The position numbers and the translations under genes were made by a program. The notes beneath the pieces were generated by a model, which was not told the DNA's origin, ran no database searches, and saw nothing but the letters and a program-made list of their open reading frames with translations. From assembly GCA_964501035.1 (NCBI GenBank), contig CAZCRK010000010.1:1-39069 (forward strand): a stretch of 39,069 nucleotides of DNA. The letters are read 5' to 3'. Numbering within the stretch: the stretch's first letter is position 1; each line of letters opens with the position of its first letter. Of this stretch, positions 1 through 8,685 are shown in pieces.

Positions 1-954
1 AAGAACGTTGATTAATCCATCTGAGTTTAAATCTGCTTGATTATCATTTTCATCATTTAAAATTAGATTAACAATCAGAATTACATCTTGCACATTTACA
101 GAACCATCGTGGTTTACGTCACCTAATATCTCATTCTCACATTCAACATTTGTCAAATATTTTGAAGATGAAATTGGAGTCTCTAGTAATAAAGAACAGT
201 TTGATAAATCTCCAAGTAAATAATTCTCTAACCATAAAAGGGCAGTTTCACCAACCTCGCCTTGACCTTCTAAGGGATTATTTGCAACAGAATGGTTTCC
301 ATTATCTATTTCAAACAATAACTTATGTGTATTTTCAGGTGTATAATCATAATGAACATCTGCATGAATTGAAGGAGGGGCTATGATATCTAACTCTCCA
401 CTAAAAATTAAAACTGGAACTTGATGATTTAAATCTTGAGACTGCAAATTTAAATTATCTAGCCAAGGGCAAAGTGCTATTACTGCCTTTAATGAAGGGT
501 CAATTACAGCTGCTAATTGTGCTCCACCTCCACCCATTGACCAACCACCAACAGCAAATTTATTAACATCAATGTTTGCATACAAAGGAGAACCTAATCT
601 AGTATTTTCTTGCCTTATTGTTTCTATGCCATCTAACAACGCATCTGCCCTAACATCAGGAGAATCCCATAATAAATTAGTACCAATAATCATTGAAATA
701 ATTCCATATGATGCTAAATATGGCCCCCATGATTCTACACTTGAAGGTAAAGTCATATAACCTGGAACAATTACTATACTGGCAAATGGACCTTCTGCAT
801 CTACCGGATAATAAAGTGATGCACCGGAATAATGTGGACCATTTCGTAACCCATCTGATTCATCAATAGAACTAACAGTATAAGGACCATTAGAAAACAA
901 CAAACCTGTTAAAACAAAACACAGTATAAACATTTTGTTAATCAATGTGTACAT
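1..954 (-). CDS. Secreted PETase/cutinase-like alpha/beta hydrolase with C-terminal dockerin-like domain (3' end outside window)
   Basis: Translated by hand; not in the ORF track. Open frame from ATG 954 (alternative ATG 933) to the edge. Hydrophobic N-terminus, VIVPGY, GGWSMGGGGA (Ser 538-540), LCPW, GELDIIAP (Asp 388-390), GNHSVAN (His 292-294), then GDVNHDGSVNVQDVILIVNLIL...ADLNSDGLINVL. Confidence 0.88.
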   Translation of the reverse strand, partial: MYTLINKMFILCFVLTGLLFSNGPYTVSSIDESDGLRNGPHYSGASLYYPVDAEGPFASIVIVPGYMTLPSSVESWGPYLASYGIISMIIGTNLLWDSPDVRADALLDGIETIRQENTRLGSPLYANIDVNKFAVGGWSMGGGGAQLAAVIDPSLKAVIALCPWLDNLNLQSQDLNHQVPVLIFSGELDIIAPPSIHADVHYDYTPENTHKLLFEIDNGNHSVANNPLEGQGEVGETALLWLENYLLGDLSNCSLLLETPISSSKYLTNVECENEILGDVNHDGSVNVQDVILIVNLILNDENDNQADLNSDGLINVL

Positions 955-1153
955 TTTTTATGCATAAATAGTGTTTCCAAAATTTATTTTAATATTTTTA
1001 ATCTTCATGTGCTAATCCTATTTCTTGTTTCTCTTAAAATCTACTCAAATTACAAATTAATTATTAAGTCTTTTTTGACTCATAACACTTGACTAGTTAC
1101 AAATTTAATACATTTCTAGAAAGAAATTTAACAAGTTAAATATATTAAATAAG

Positions 1154-1795
1154 TTACTTTTTCAGTGGGCTCGTCACTTCTACAGATTTAAATGTTTGAC
1201 TAAAAGAGGATTGAAGCAATGCTGCAATCTCAAATTGAGTTCCAAGCCAATGTTTTCTATTTTCATTACTAATTACTACAGGTTGACGTTTTTTGATATT
1301 ATGTATTTTTTCCATAAATGTATTTGCTGGTTGCGTTAATATTGAAACTGTATTTAAACTAATGTCATTTGTTTCATTTATCCATTCGGACCAAATTGCT
1401 CCAAATGTCATAATTTCATCGTTAGGAAGTGTAATATAGTGGCACTGTTTTCCAGTTGATGTAGATTCCCATTCATAAAATCCATCTGCAATGACTAAAC
1501 ATCGTTTATCTTTGATTGAATATTTAAATGATGGTTTTTCATACACCGTTTCACTTTTAGCATTGTACGTCATTTTTCGAATTTGCTCTGCTTTTTCCGT
1601 ACTTGTAACCCAATGTGGAATTAATCCCCAATTATATTGTTTGATTAAACCTGCTTCTGATGAAGTAATGACGGGAATTTTTGGATTGGTAAATGCTGAG
1701 AGATGTGTTTTGGGTTCAAAGTACGTTTCAAATACACCACCAATTTCCTTTTCAATTTGTTGTTGTTTTCGTGCAATCGCAATATTAAAACACAT
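1154..1795 (-). CDS. SOS response-associated peptidase (SRAP/YedK/HMCES family, abasic-site protein)
   Basis: True start is probably ATG 1795 (MCFN..., giving the family's Cys2), overlapping the umuC stop as TAATG. Motifs WGLIPHW, YNAKSET, RCLVIADGFYEW, IHN..RQPV. Confidence 0.92.
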   Translation of the reverse strand: MCFNIAIARKQQQIEKEIGGVFETYFEPKTHLSAFTNPKIPVITSSEAGLIKQYNWGLIPHWVTSTEKAEQIRKMTYNAKSETVYEKPSFKYSIKDKRCLVIADGFYEWESTSTGKQCHYITLPNDEIMTFGAIWSEWINETNDISLNTVSILTQPANTFMEKIHNIKKRQPVVISNENRKHWLGTQFEIAALLQSSFSQTFKSVEVTSPLKK

Positions 1796-3054
1796 TATGA
1801 TTTCACCCGTAATAAGTCTGTCATTCGTGTGGTATAGCATGGCGAAAGTCTTTCTTGTCGCAACTTCCATTTTCTTGCAAATCCATTAACACATAACCGT
1901 ATTTTCATTCGACCATATTCTTCATTAATATTATCTATTGCTTTCATTAGATGGTGTCGTTTTTCCACATCTTCAATATTATCAAAAAAAGTTAGTTGCA
2001 CCTTTGATTGAGGAATAATATCTGACATAATCACCCCCGCTCGTTTATAAATACAATCATTTCGATAAATCCCCCGCAAACCTTCAATTGCTTTGGTAAC
2101 AATTTCAAGTGAATCATTGGTCGGGGTGCTAAAATGTATTTTCCTTACACCGCTGTAATTTACTCTATATTCTTGTTTAAATGGGTTAGTTAGAATAAAA
2201 ACTGTCATTGTTTTTGCACAGCTTTTTTGTTTCCGTAACTTTGAAGCACACATAGACGCATATGTACTTAATGCTTGCGCCAACTGTCGGATATTATCTA
2301 CCTCTTGTCCAAATGTACGAGAGGTACAAATAGATTTTTTGGATTGTGAATTTATTTCCAAATTAAAACACGGTATTGCACGCAACTCTTTAACCATTTT
2401 CAACCCAACAATAGACATATGGTGCTGTATCCACTTGTCTGACCGTATTGTGAGGTCATATGCGGTGCGTATTCCATAAAATGATAACTTTTTAGCATAC
2501 TGCCGTCCCACTCCCCATAATTTTGCTAAAGGAAACTCCTTTAAAGAGTCACTAATTTGATTCATATCATCAAGTATAAATACTCCAGATTTCGTGGTAT
2601 GCTTGGCAAGATGATTTGCAACTTTTGACAATGTTTTAGTGGGAGCTATACCAATAGAAATTGGAATACCTGTATATTGAGTTACTTTTTTTCGAAGGTT
2701 CATTCCAAATAAGTGTATATTATCAATACCATTGCAATCTAAAAATGCCTCATCAATAGAGTATATCTCAATTTGCGGAACTTCTTTCGATAATATCGAC
2801 ATAACTCGTTGAGATAAATCACCATATAATGCAAAATTCGTAGAAAATACAAATACACCATTTTTATCAAATATATGTTTATTTTTGAATGCAGGTGCTC
2901 CCATTTCTATTCCCAATGCTTTTGCTTCATTAGATCGTGCAATGACACAGCCATCATTATTGGATAATACTACCACAGGTTTTTCTCGAATTGAAGGATT
3001 GAACACGCGCTCACAAGATGCATAGAAATTATTACAATCAGCAAGGGCAATCAT
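1795..3054 (-). CDS. umuC: Y-family DNA polymerase V subunit UmuC
   Basis: [32 protein letters not shown]-terminal [13 protein letters not shown]; directly downstream of umuD. Confidence 0.95.
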   Translation of the reverse strand: MIALADCNNFYASCERVFNPSIREKPVVVLSNNDGCVIARSNEAKALGIEMGAPAFKNKHIFDKNGVFVFSTNFALYGDLSQRVMSILSKEVPQIEIYSIDEAFLDCNGIDNIHLFGMNLRKKVTQYTGIPISIGIAPTKTLSKVANHLAKHTTKSGVFILDDMNQISDSLKEFPLAKLWGVGRQYAKKLSFYGIRTAYDLTIRSDKWIQHHMSIVGLKMVKELRAIPCFNLEINSQSKKSICTSRTFGQEVDNIRQLAQALSTYASMCASKLRKQKSCAKTMTVFILTNPFKQEYRVNYSGVRKIHFSTPTNDSLEIVTKAIEGLRGIYRNDCIYKRAGVIMSDIIPQSKVQLTFFDNIEDVEKRHHLMKAIDNINEEYGRMKIRLCVNGFARKWKLRQERLSPCYTTRMTDLLRVKS

Positions 3055-3446
3055 CGATACTTACGAATAGAATATGGTACAACACCCCAAATTTCAAAGT
3101 CCATTTCTGCCGTTACTTTTATTGGGTGATATTGGGAATTGTATGGAATTAATACGGGTTCATTATGGGCATGAGATAATTGCTTTACCGTAAACTCTCC
3201 GCAAATTAATGCAACCACGATATCCCCATCTTTAGCTGTAAGCGATCTATCAACAATAAGAATATCACCATCGTGAATTCCAATTTGCACCATTGAGTCT
3301 CCATTAGCATATGCCATAAATGTAGCAGATGGATTTCTGATAAGATATTTATCCAAGCTTATTGACAGGTCTGTAAAATCCTCTGCTGGAGAGGGAAACC
3401 CTGCTGGAATAAATGATATTTCTAATTGTTTTTCTATGATTTGCAT
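3051..3446 (-). CDS. umuD: DNA polymerase V subunit UmuD (S24 autopeptidase)
   Basis: AGFPSPA cleavage motif, GDSM catalytic Ser, FTVK catalytic Lys, IWGVV. ATG 3446 preferred over the track start 3497; ATGA overlap with umuC. Confidence 0.93.
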   Translation of the reverse strand: MQIIEKQLEISFIPAGFPSPAEDFTDLSISLDKYLIRNPSATFMAYANGDSMVQIGIHDGDILIVDRSLTAKDGDIVVALICGEFTVKQLSHAHNEPVLIPYNSQYHPIKVTAEMDFEIWGVVPYSIRKYR

Positions 3447-3452
3447 TATAAA

Positions 3453-3502
3453 TACTCGTATGTTACTCGTATATTTTACCAACCTTGTTAAATACAATGC
3501 AA
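3453..3502 (-). promoter_or_regulatory. Putative umuDC promoter with adjacent direct-repeat operator
   Basis: Minus strand TTGCAT (3502-3497), 18 nt spacer, TGGTAAAAT extended -10 (TAAAAT 3478-3473). Immediately followed by ATACGAGTA twice (3472-3464, 3461-3453). Confidence 0.5.
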
Positions 3503-3582
3503 GATATCCATTCTAAAGCTATACTTACAAATTGTTACGCTTTTCGATTTGGTAAATTCACAAATAATTCCGAACTTTGAGT

Positions 3583-4482
3583 ATGTTCAAAATCATAATT
3601 TATATATTAAATATTACAACTATATTTGGAATATCCTTACAAGATGCCTATAATTCTGCAGAACCTGCAGATGGGTATGACAAGTATGTAATGCTTGATG
3701 CAAATATTGTATATACTGGCGGATTGGGGTTATTTGAAGGCAATATTAAAATCGATGGCAATGGTGCCGTTATTGATTTGCAATCAGGTGGTGGAATTTG
3801 GGTATATGGTGAAGCAGCATATCCTTGTCATGTTGATATTCAGGAATGTTCAGTAAAAAATAGTGATTATTTTGGTATTAGTTATGCGGGAACGTCAACA
3901 GGCTCTATTATAAATTGTAATCTTATTGAAAATGACTTTGGGGTTAAATTGTTTGACTCAACACATGTTGTAATCAAAAATTGCAATTTTATATCGAATA
4001 CAACCTATGGTTTAGGTATCTACAGTGAAATCCCAATTGCTGAAATTTCGTACTGCAATGCATGGAATAACGGTGATGCGGATTATATAGAAAACTGCCC
4101 CAACTGAGGTAGCATTTGGACTCCGTTGGAGCCCCAACCTGGTGATGGTCTCATTTTTGAAGATCCACTTTTTATTAATGAGCATTTTTCTAATTATAAT
4201 TATTTAGCAAATTCTCCCTGTATTGACACAGGTGATCCGCTCAAATTAGATGCTGATAGTACACGTAGTGATATTGGCGCATTATATTTTGTTCAAACCA
4301 ATTATCAAGTTGGAGATTGCAACAATGATAATGCACTCAATGTAATAGATGTTATAACTATTGTTAACGATTGTATTTTGTCTGAACCCGGTGCAAATTG
4401 CGACTGTAGCGATGTTAACTTTGATGGTAATATAAATGTGATTGATGTCATCACCTTGGTTTCTATTATTTTAGAAAATTAA
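3583..4482 (+). CDS. Secreted right-handed beta-helix + dockerin protein with in-frame TGA (candidate CxxU selenoprotein; alternative: nonsense pseudogene)
   Basis: Track ORFs 3577-4107 and 4126-4482 are in the same frame, separated only by TGA 4105-4107 and six sense codons (ENCPN*GSIWTPLEPQPG). Beta-helix-like repeats (IINCNLIENDFGV, IKNCNFISNTTYGL) continue into DPLF...SPCIDTGDP...RSDIGAL, then a dockerin duplication. Confidence 0.75.
4108..4140 (+). promoter_or_regulatory. Candidate bacterial SECIS element
   Basis: TTGG(4116-19)-A-CTCC(4121-24)-loop GTT-GGAG(4128-31)-CC-CCAA(4134-37). 17 nt lie between the TGA and the apical loop, whose first base is G; locally GC-rich in an AT-rich gene. 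Confidence 0.55.
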
Positions 4483-4632
4483 CCATACCTATATTTTGGG
4501 AATATTTACCTGATAATCGTTCCTTCTTAACGCCCTATTTCACACTTGAATTATTATTTTTATTTGTATTAATTTACTCCATGATTTTTTCATAAATCTT
4601 AGATGTCATTCATTCAAACTTGAGGAGACTGA

Positions 4633-5136
4633 TTGAACAAAATTTTAATATTAGGACCATGTGGCGCAGGGAAATCAACTTTTTCTCAAAAATTAAGCCA
4701 TATTCTAAATATTCCAGTACTTCACCTTGACAAATTATTTTGGAAACCAGGTTGGGTTATGACAGATCCCTCACAATGGAATTCCCTACTAAAAAAGAAA
4801 TTGAAAAAAAATACATGGATTATGGATGGAAACTATGGAGATACCTTAGACATTCGTCTTCCTGAAGCTGATACCGTAATTTTCTTAAATTTTTCTAGAT
4901 ATCTATGTGTTTGGAGAGTAATAAAACGCATCATAACATCGTACGGCAGAACCCGGCCAGATATGGGGGAAGGATGTACCGAGCGATGGGATTGGGGGTT
5001 CATAAAGTACGTTTGGAACTTTCCTAAGCATGAAAAACCCCGCGTATTTACCAAATTAAAAAAACATCAAGATGATATAAATATATTAACCTTTAATTCC
5101 CCGTCTGCCTTGAATAAGTTTTTACTAAGCCTATAA
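4633..5136 (+). CDS. P-loop adenylate-kinase-like protein (topology modulation protein/FlaR-like)
   Basis: GPCGAGKST Walker A, LHLDKLFWKPGW, WIMDGNY, RPDMGEGCTER; TTG start. Confidence 0.85.
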   Translation: MNKILILGPCGAGKSTFSQKLSHILNIPVLHLDKLFWKPGWVMTDPSQWNSLLKKKLKKNTWIMDGNYGDTLDIRLPEADTVIFLNFSRYLCVWRVIKRIITSYGRTRPDMGEGCTERWDWGFIKYVWNFPKHEKPRVFTKLKKHQDDINILTFNSPSALNKFLLSL

Positions 5137-5169
5137 AAAACAACCCCAGTACGGGGGTTGTTTTTTATA
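5132..5169. terminator. Bidirectional intrinsic terminator
   Basis: Perfect 16-bp inverted repeat TATAAAAAACAACCCC-agtacg-GGGGTTGTTTTTTATA between convergent genes, giving a U-tract on either strand. Confidence 0.9.
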
Positions 5170-5192
5170 CTTAATATTTTGAAATATTAAAT

Positions 5193-5792
5193 CTATAACT
5201 TAAAGTTTAGAGATAATTTTGTAAATGAAGTAGCTAGAGATGTTGTTAATTTAGTATTAATCTCTTGATAGGAATCATACCAATAATCTTCTGAGGATGA
5301 TTCCGTGCTAAAACTGTTAATAATCCAAGTTAGACCAACATCAGCACTAATGGAAAATTGTTCATTAAACATATACTCTACTCCATAACTAGCGTTGAAT
5401 CCTATCATATCTAACATATCTTCAATAGGTTCTTCAATTGATCCACTCCCTTCACCACTTAAAGCAACAAATGGAATGACGATAAACCCTTCACCTTTTA
5501 TATAAGTATTTATTTTATTTGAATTGACTAAGTTTTGCCTCCAACCCACTCTTGGCATAAATACATTTATTGAAAATTCTCCACTGTCCTGATAATATTG
5601 GGTTTCACCCCAATCATGTTCAGTAACATCCATTTTAAAATCAACACCAAAATGGAAAAAATCTAATCCATAAAGCAAGTGATTACTATAAAATGTAGCT
5701 GATTGGTATTTTTCTTGTCCAATTCCTACACTAAATGTATCCCATGCAAATACTGTTGAAATTAAAGTTATTAATAGCACTATTTTTTTCAT
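5193..5792 (-). CDS. Small outer-membrane beta-barrel-like protein, unknown function
   Basis: Signal peptide (MKKIVLL...VFA), amphipathic strands such as FNASYGVEYMFNEQFSISADVG, C-terminal LSLNFKL; AAAGGA upstream. Confidence 0.6.
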   Translation of the reverse strand: MKKIVLLITLISTVFAWDTFSVGIGQEKYQSATFYSNHLLYGLDFFHFGVDFKMDVTEHDWGETQYYQDSGEFSINVFMPRVGWRQNLVNSNKINTYIKGEGFIVIPFVALSGEGSGSIEEPIEDMLDMIGFNASYGVEYMFNEQFSISADVGLTWIINSFSTESSSEDYWYDSYQEINTKLTTSLATSFTKLSLNFKL

Positions 5793-5976
5793 CTTTTTTG
5801 TCCTTTTTTATATTATTCAATTTGCAGAGTTTTCTTGATTGATTTAAGACTTTGATTTATACTCTGCGATTTAATTTATAACTTTTATATCTTTAACTAC
5901 TAATAAATTTTGTAAAGTATATTTCTTTGATTATCACCCTGCATAGTGCTAACATTTGCTTGGAATATTTGCAAAA

Positions 5977-7110
5977 ATGACAACACATCAACTAAAAAAT
6001 AAAGTTTTATCTCTTACACAATCATTGATATTTAAAGTGATTTCCGGCATTTTGCTTATTTGGATTATAGGCGCTGGAATCATAATGGTAATTGAAGGTG
6101 ACAGTTTTAGCCAGTTTGGTAATTCGTTATGGTGGACCATTGTTACTATGACAACCGTCGGTTATGGTGATATGGCTCCTGTAACACCTTATGGACGTAT
6201 TCTAGCAATCATGATTATGTTTTCAGGAATCACACTTATTGCTATAGTAACAGGTACAATTTCTTCAATTTTTACAACAAAAAGGATTATGGAGGGTCGA
6301 GGTTTGGAAGCATTAAAATTATCGGATCATATAGTAATATGTGGATGGAATCATAATATAGAAAAAATTATCCAATCCTTAAATCATATAACAAAAAATG
6401 ATAAATCATTACGCATTGCACTTGTAAATGATTTACCCGAAGATGAAATGAATAGTATTATGGCTCGTTTTTCATCTATACATGTAAAATATGTACGAGG
6501 AGATTATGCCTTAGAGTCAATACTCAAAAAAGCTAATATCAATAAAGCAAGTTCAGCGATTATAATTTCAGATGATACCGTTTCTACCGACGACGATAAA
6601 ACTATTCTTGCAACATTGACTATAAAAAATATGGCTCCTGATTTAAAAGTAATTGCGCATGTTGCAAAGAATGATAAAATCCCATATCTTCGTAGAGCAA
6701 ATGCAGATGCAATCATTACCAATGATAATTTTGAATCATTTATGGTTGCTAATCATGTACTCCAACCTGGAATTCCACAAGCAGTTGAACAATTATTAGA
6801 TGTTAATTCTGTTCATCATTTTAAATCTGAAATTATACCCGCTAAATTTATTGGAAAACCCTTTGCAGAATTGTTTCAACATTTTCGCGAAAAAGATGGA
6901 TGGAATTGCATCGGGTTATATAATGAAGAAGAAAAAATTGGGGTATCAGATTTTTTATCTGCAGACTCAAATGCATTGGATAGGTTTATAGAACAAAAAA
7001 TCAAGGAAGCAGGACATTCATTAGCAGAAGAAAGTAAAGTAAGGGTTATGATGAACCCAGCAGATGATAGAATAGTGAAAAAAGGTGAAGGAGCAATTAT
7101 TATCCCATGA
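5977..7110 (+). CDS. Two-TM potassium channel with RCK/TrkA-N domain
   Basis: WWTIVTMTTVGYGD selectivity filter between TM helices; HIVICGWN, YVRGD, LKKANINKASSAII, LRRANAD of the RCK domain. ATG 5977 (track start TTG 5956). Confidence 0.92.
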   Translation: MTTHQLKNKVLSLTQSLIFKVISGILLIWIIGAGIIMVIEGDSFSQFGNSLWWTIVTMTTVGYGDMAPVTPYGRILAIMIMFSGITLIAIVTGTISSIFTTKRIMEGRGLEALKLSDHIVICGWNHNIEKIIQSLNHITKNDKSLRIALVNDLPEDEMNSIMARFSSIHVKYVRGDYALESILKKANINKASSAIIISDDTVSTDDDKTILATLTIKNMAPDLKVIAHVAKNDKIPYLRRANADAIITNDNFESFMVANHVLQPGIPQAVEQLLDVNSVHHFKSEIIPAKFIGKPFAELFQHFREKDGWNCIGLYNEEEKIGVSDFLSADSNALDRFIEQKIKEAGHSLAEESKVRVMMNPADDRIVKKGEGAIIIP

Positions 7111-7619
7111 AGAAGAAATATGCTGATATATTCAATAAATATGCTATTTTTCACCATTTGACTGGTGATGAGATTGCAGAATTCTCTAAGAAAATAAAAG
7201 TTAAATCCATTAAAGAAGGGCAAATAATCATCAAGGAAGGTGATGTTGGCGATTCGTTAATATTTTTACTTTCTGGTGAGGTAAGCATTACTAAAGCTCT
7301 CACACTTAATACCAGTAGCATGGAAGATGATGCACGTGAAAAAGAATTAATTCGCATAAAAAGTGAGTACTATAGCGTGTTTGGAGAAATATCTCTTTTT
7401 AGTGAAAATGATTCCAGAACTGCAACTATTACTGCTTTAACAAATTGTGATATTGGTATATTAATGAAACATGACTTTTTTGAGATTTCGGATAAAAAGC
7501 CTGAGGTAGGTTACAAAATAACAACCAATATTGCTAAAATATTATCCAAAAATTTGATAGATACAAATCACCAAGTACTAAAACTAACCACAGCCTTTAG
7601 CCTAGTTTTAGATAAGTAG
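7107..7619 (+). CDS. Stand-alone cyclic-nucleotide-binding domain protein
   Basis: GQIIIKEGDVGDSLIFLLSGEV, FGEISLF...RTATITA; no HTH; ATGA overlap with the channel gene. Confidence 0.88.
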   Translation: MKKKYADIFNKYAIFHHLTGDEIAEFSKKIKVKSIKEGQIIIKEGDVGDSLIFLLSGEVSITKALTLNTSSMEDDAREKELIRIKSEYYSVFGEISLFSENDSRTATITALTNCDIGILMKHDFFEISDKKPEVGYKITTNIAKILSKNLIDTNHQVLKLTTAFSLVLDK

Positions 7620-7620
7620 G

Positions 7621-8685
7621 TTAGAACAACCTTAGTATATCATTCACAAAGATATACACAAATAAGAGTAATAAAAATAACACCCCAATTTGTTGAATAC
7701 CCATTTTAACATTTAGTGGGAGTTTTCGTCGAGAGATACCTTCAACCAATGCCAGTAAAGCATGTCCGCCATCTAATCCTGGAATAGGTAAAATATTGAT
7801 AAGTCCTAGGTTTACACTTAATAATGCCATTAAACCTAGCAATGAGACTAAGCCATTTTGCGCAGTTTCACCAGCAACTTTTGCAAAAAATATGGGACCA
7901 ACAAAATCTTTAAATGATGCCCCTCCTGTAACCAGTGCCTTCAAGCTATCAAGCATCATTTTAAGCCAATAATACGTACGTTTTACACCTGCAGATAACG
8001 ATTCAGATAACGATGCTTCTTTCATATTTATTGTTGCACCTATACCCAACATTCCAACTAATTTTACATTTCCATCAATTAACTGACGGGTTGAATCTGT
8101 GAGCACAGTTCCAAACAATTCTTGCCCTTCATGTTCCCAAAGAATACTTATTTCTTCAATTGGATGTTGTTGGATAATATCTGTCATTTCTGTCCAAGTT
8201 GAAACAGATTGTTGATTGATTTCTAAAATCATGTCTCCTTCAACTAAACCAATTTGATCTGCTGGAGATTCTGGCATCACCTGTCCAAGTAAAGGTCTGT
8301 TATCTAACTCACCAATTCCATTTATTAATGTTAAACTGGCAACTATAAAGATAGTTAGAAGAAAATTCATCATAACACCTGCTGATAAAAAGAACAATTT
8401 CTGAAAAGTATTTTTGGATTGGAATTCATATTCAGCTCCAGTACTTGTTGGGTCTAAACTTTCATCAACCATCCCAGAAATTTTTACATATCCACCTAAT
8501 GGGAAAATTCCAAGCCCATACTCGGTCCCATTTATTTTTTTCTTAATCCCGAGTCCAAACAAATTAAATCCAACATAAAATTTTTCTACACGCATCCCTG
8601 TTAAGCGTGCAGCAGTATAATGACCAAGTTCATGTAAAAAAATGGGGATTCCAATTACAAATAAAAAGGCAAGAATGGTTGTCAT
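7621..8685 (-). CDS. rseP: RIP metalloprotease RseP
   Basis: HELGH, PLGGYVKISGM, PDZ region, NILPIPGLDGGH. Confidence 0.95.
   Translation of the reverse strand: MTTILAFLFVIGIPIFLHELGHYTAARLTGMRVEKFYVGFNLFGLGIKKKINGTEYGLGIFPLGGYVKISGMVDESLDPTSTGAEYEFQSKNTFQKLFFLSAGVMMNFLLTIFIVASLTLINGIGELDNRPLLGQVMPESPADQIGLVEGDMILEINQQSVSTWTEMTDIIQQHPIEEISILWEHEGQELFGTVLTDSTRQLIDGNVKLVGMLGIGATINMKEASLSESLSAGVKRTYYWLKMMLDSLKALVTGGASFKDFVGPIFFAKVAGETAQNGLVSLLGLMALLSVNLGLINILPIPGLDGGHALLALVEGISRRKLPLNVKMGIQQIGVLFLLLLFVYIFVNDILRLF

Noticed and set aside
150..760. Plus-strand ORFs 150-386 and 572-760
   Set aside because: Antisense shadows of the hydrolase gene on the minus strand.
958..1008. 16-codon ORF MKIKNIKINFGNTIYA (minus strand), in frame just upstream of the hydrolase
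   Set aside because: It has an AGGA upstream but is too short and low-complexity to support; the stop is TAA with no recoding signal.
1796..1870. 25-aa N-terminal extension of SRAP in the track
   Set aside because: It overlaps umuC and would bury the catalytic Cys2.
1021..3560. Prophage or ICE around umuDC
   Set aside because: No integrase, phage genes, tRNA site or terminal repeats seen.
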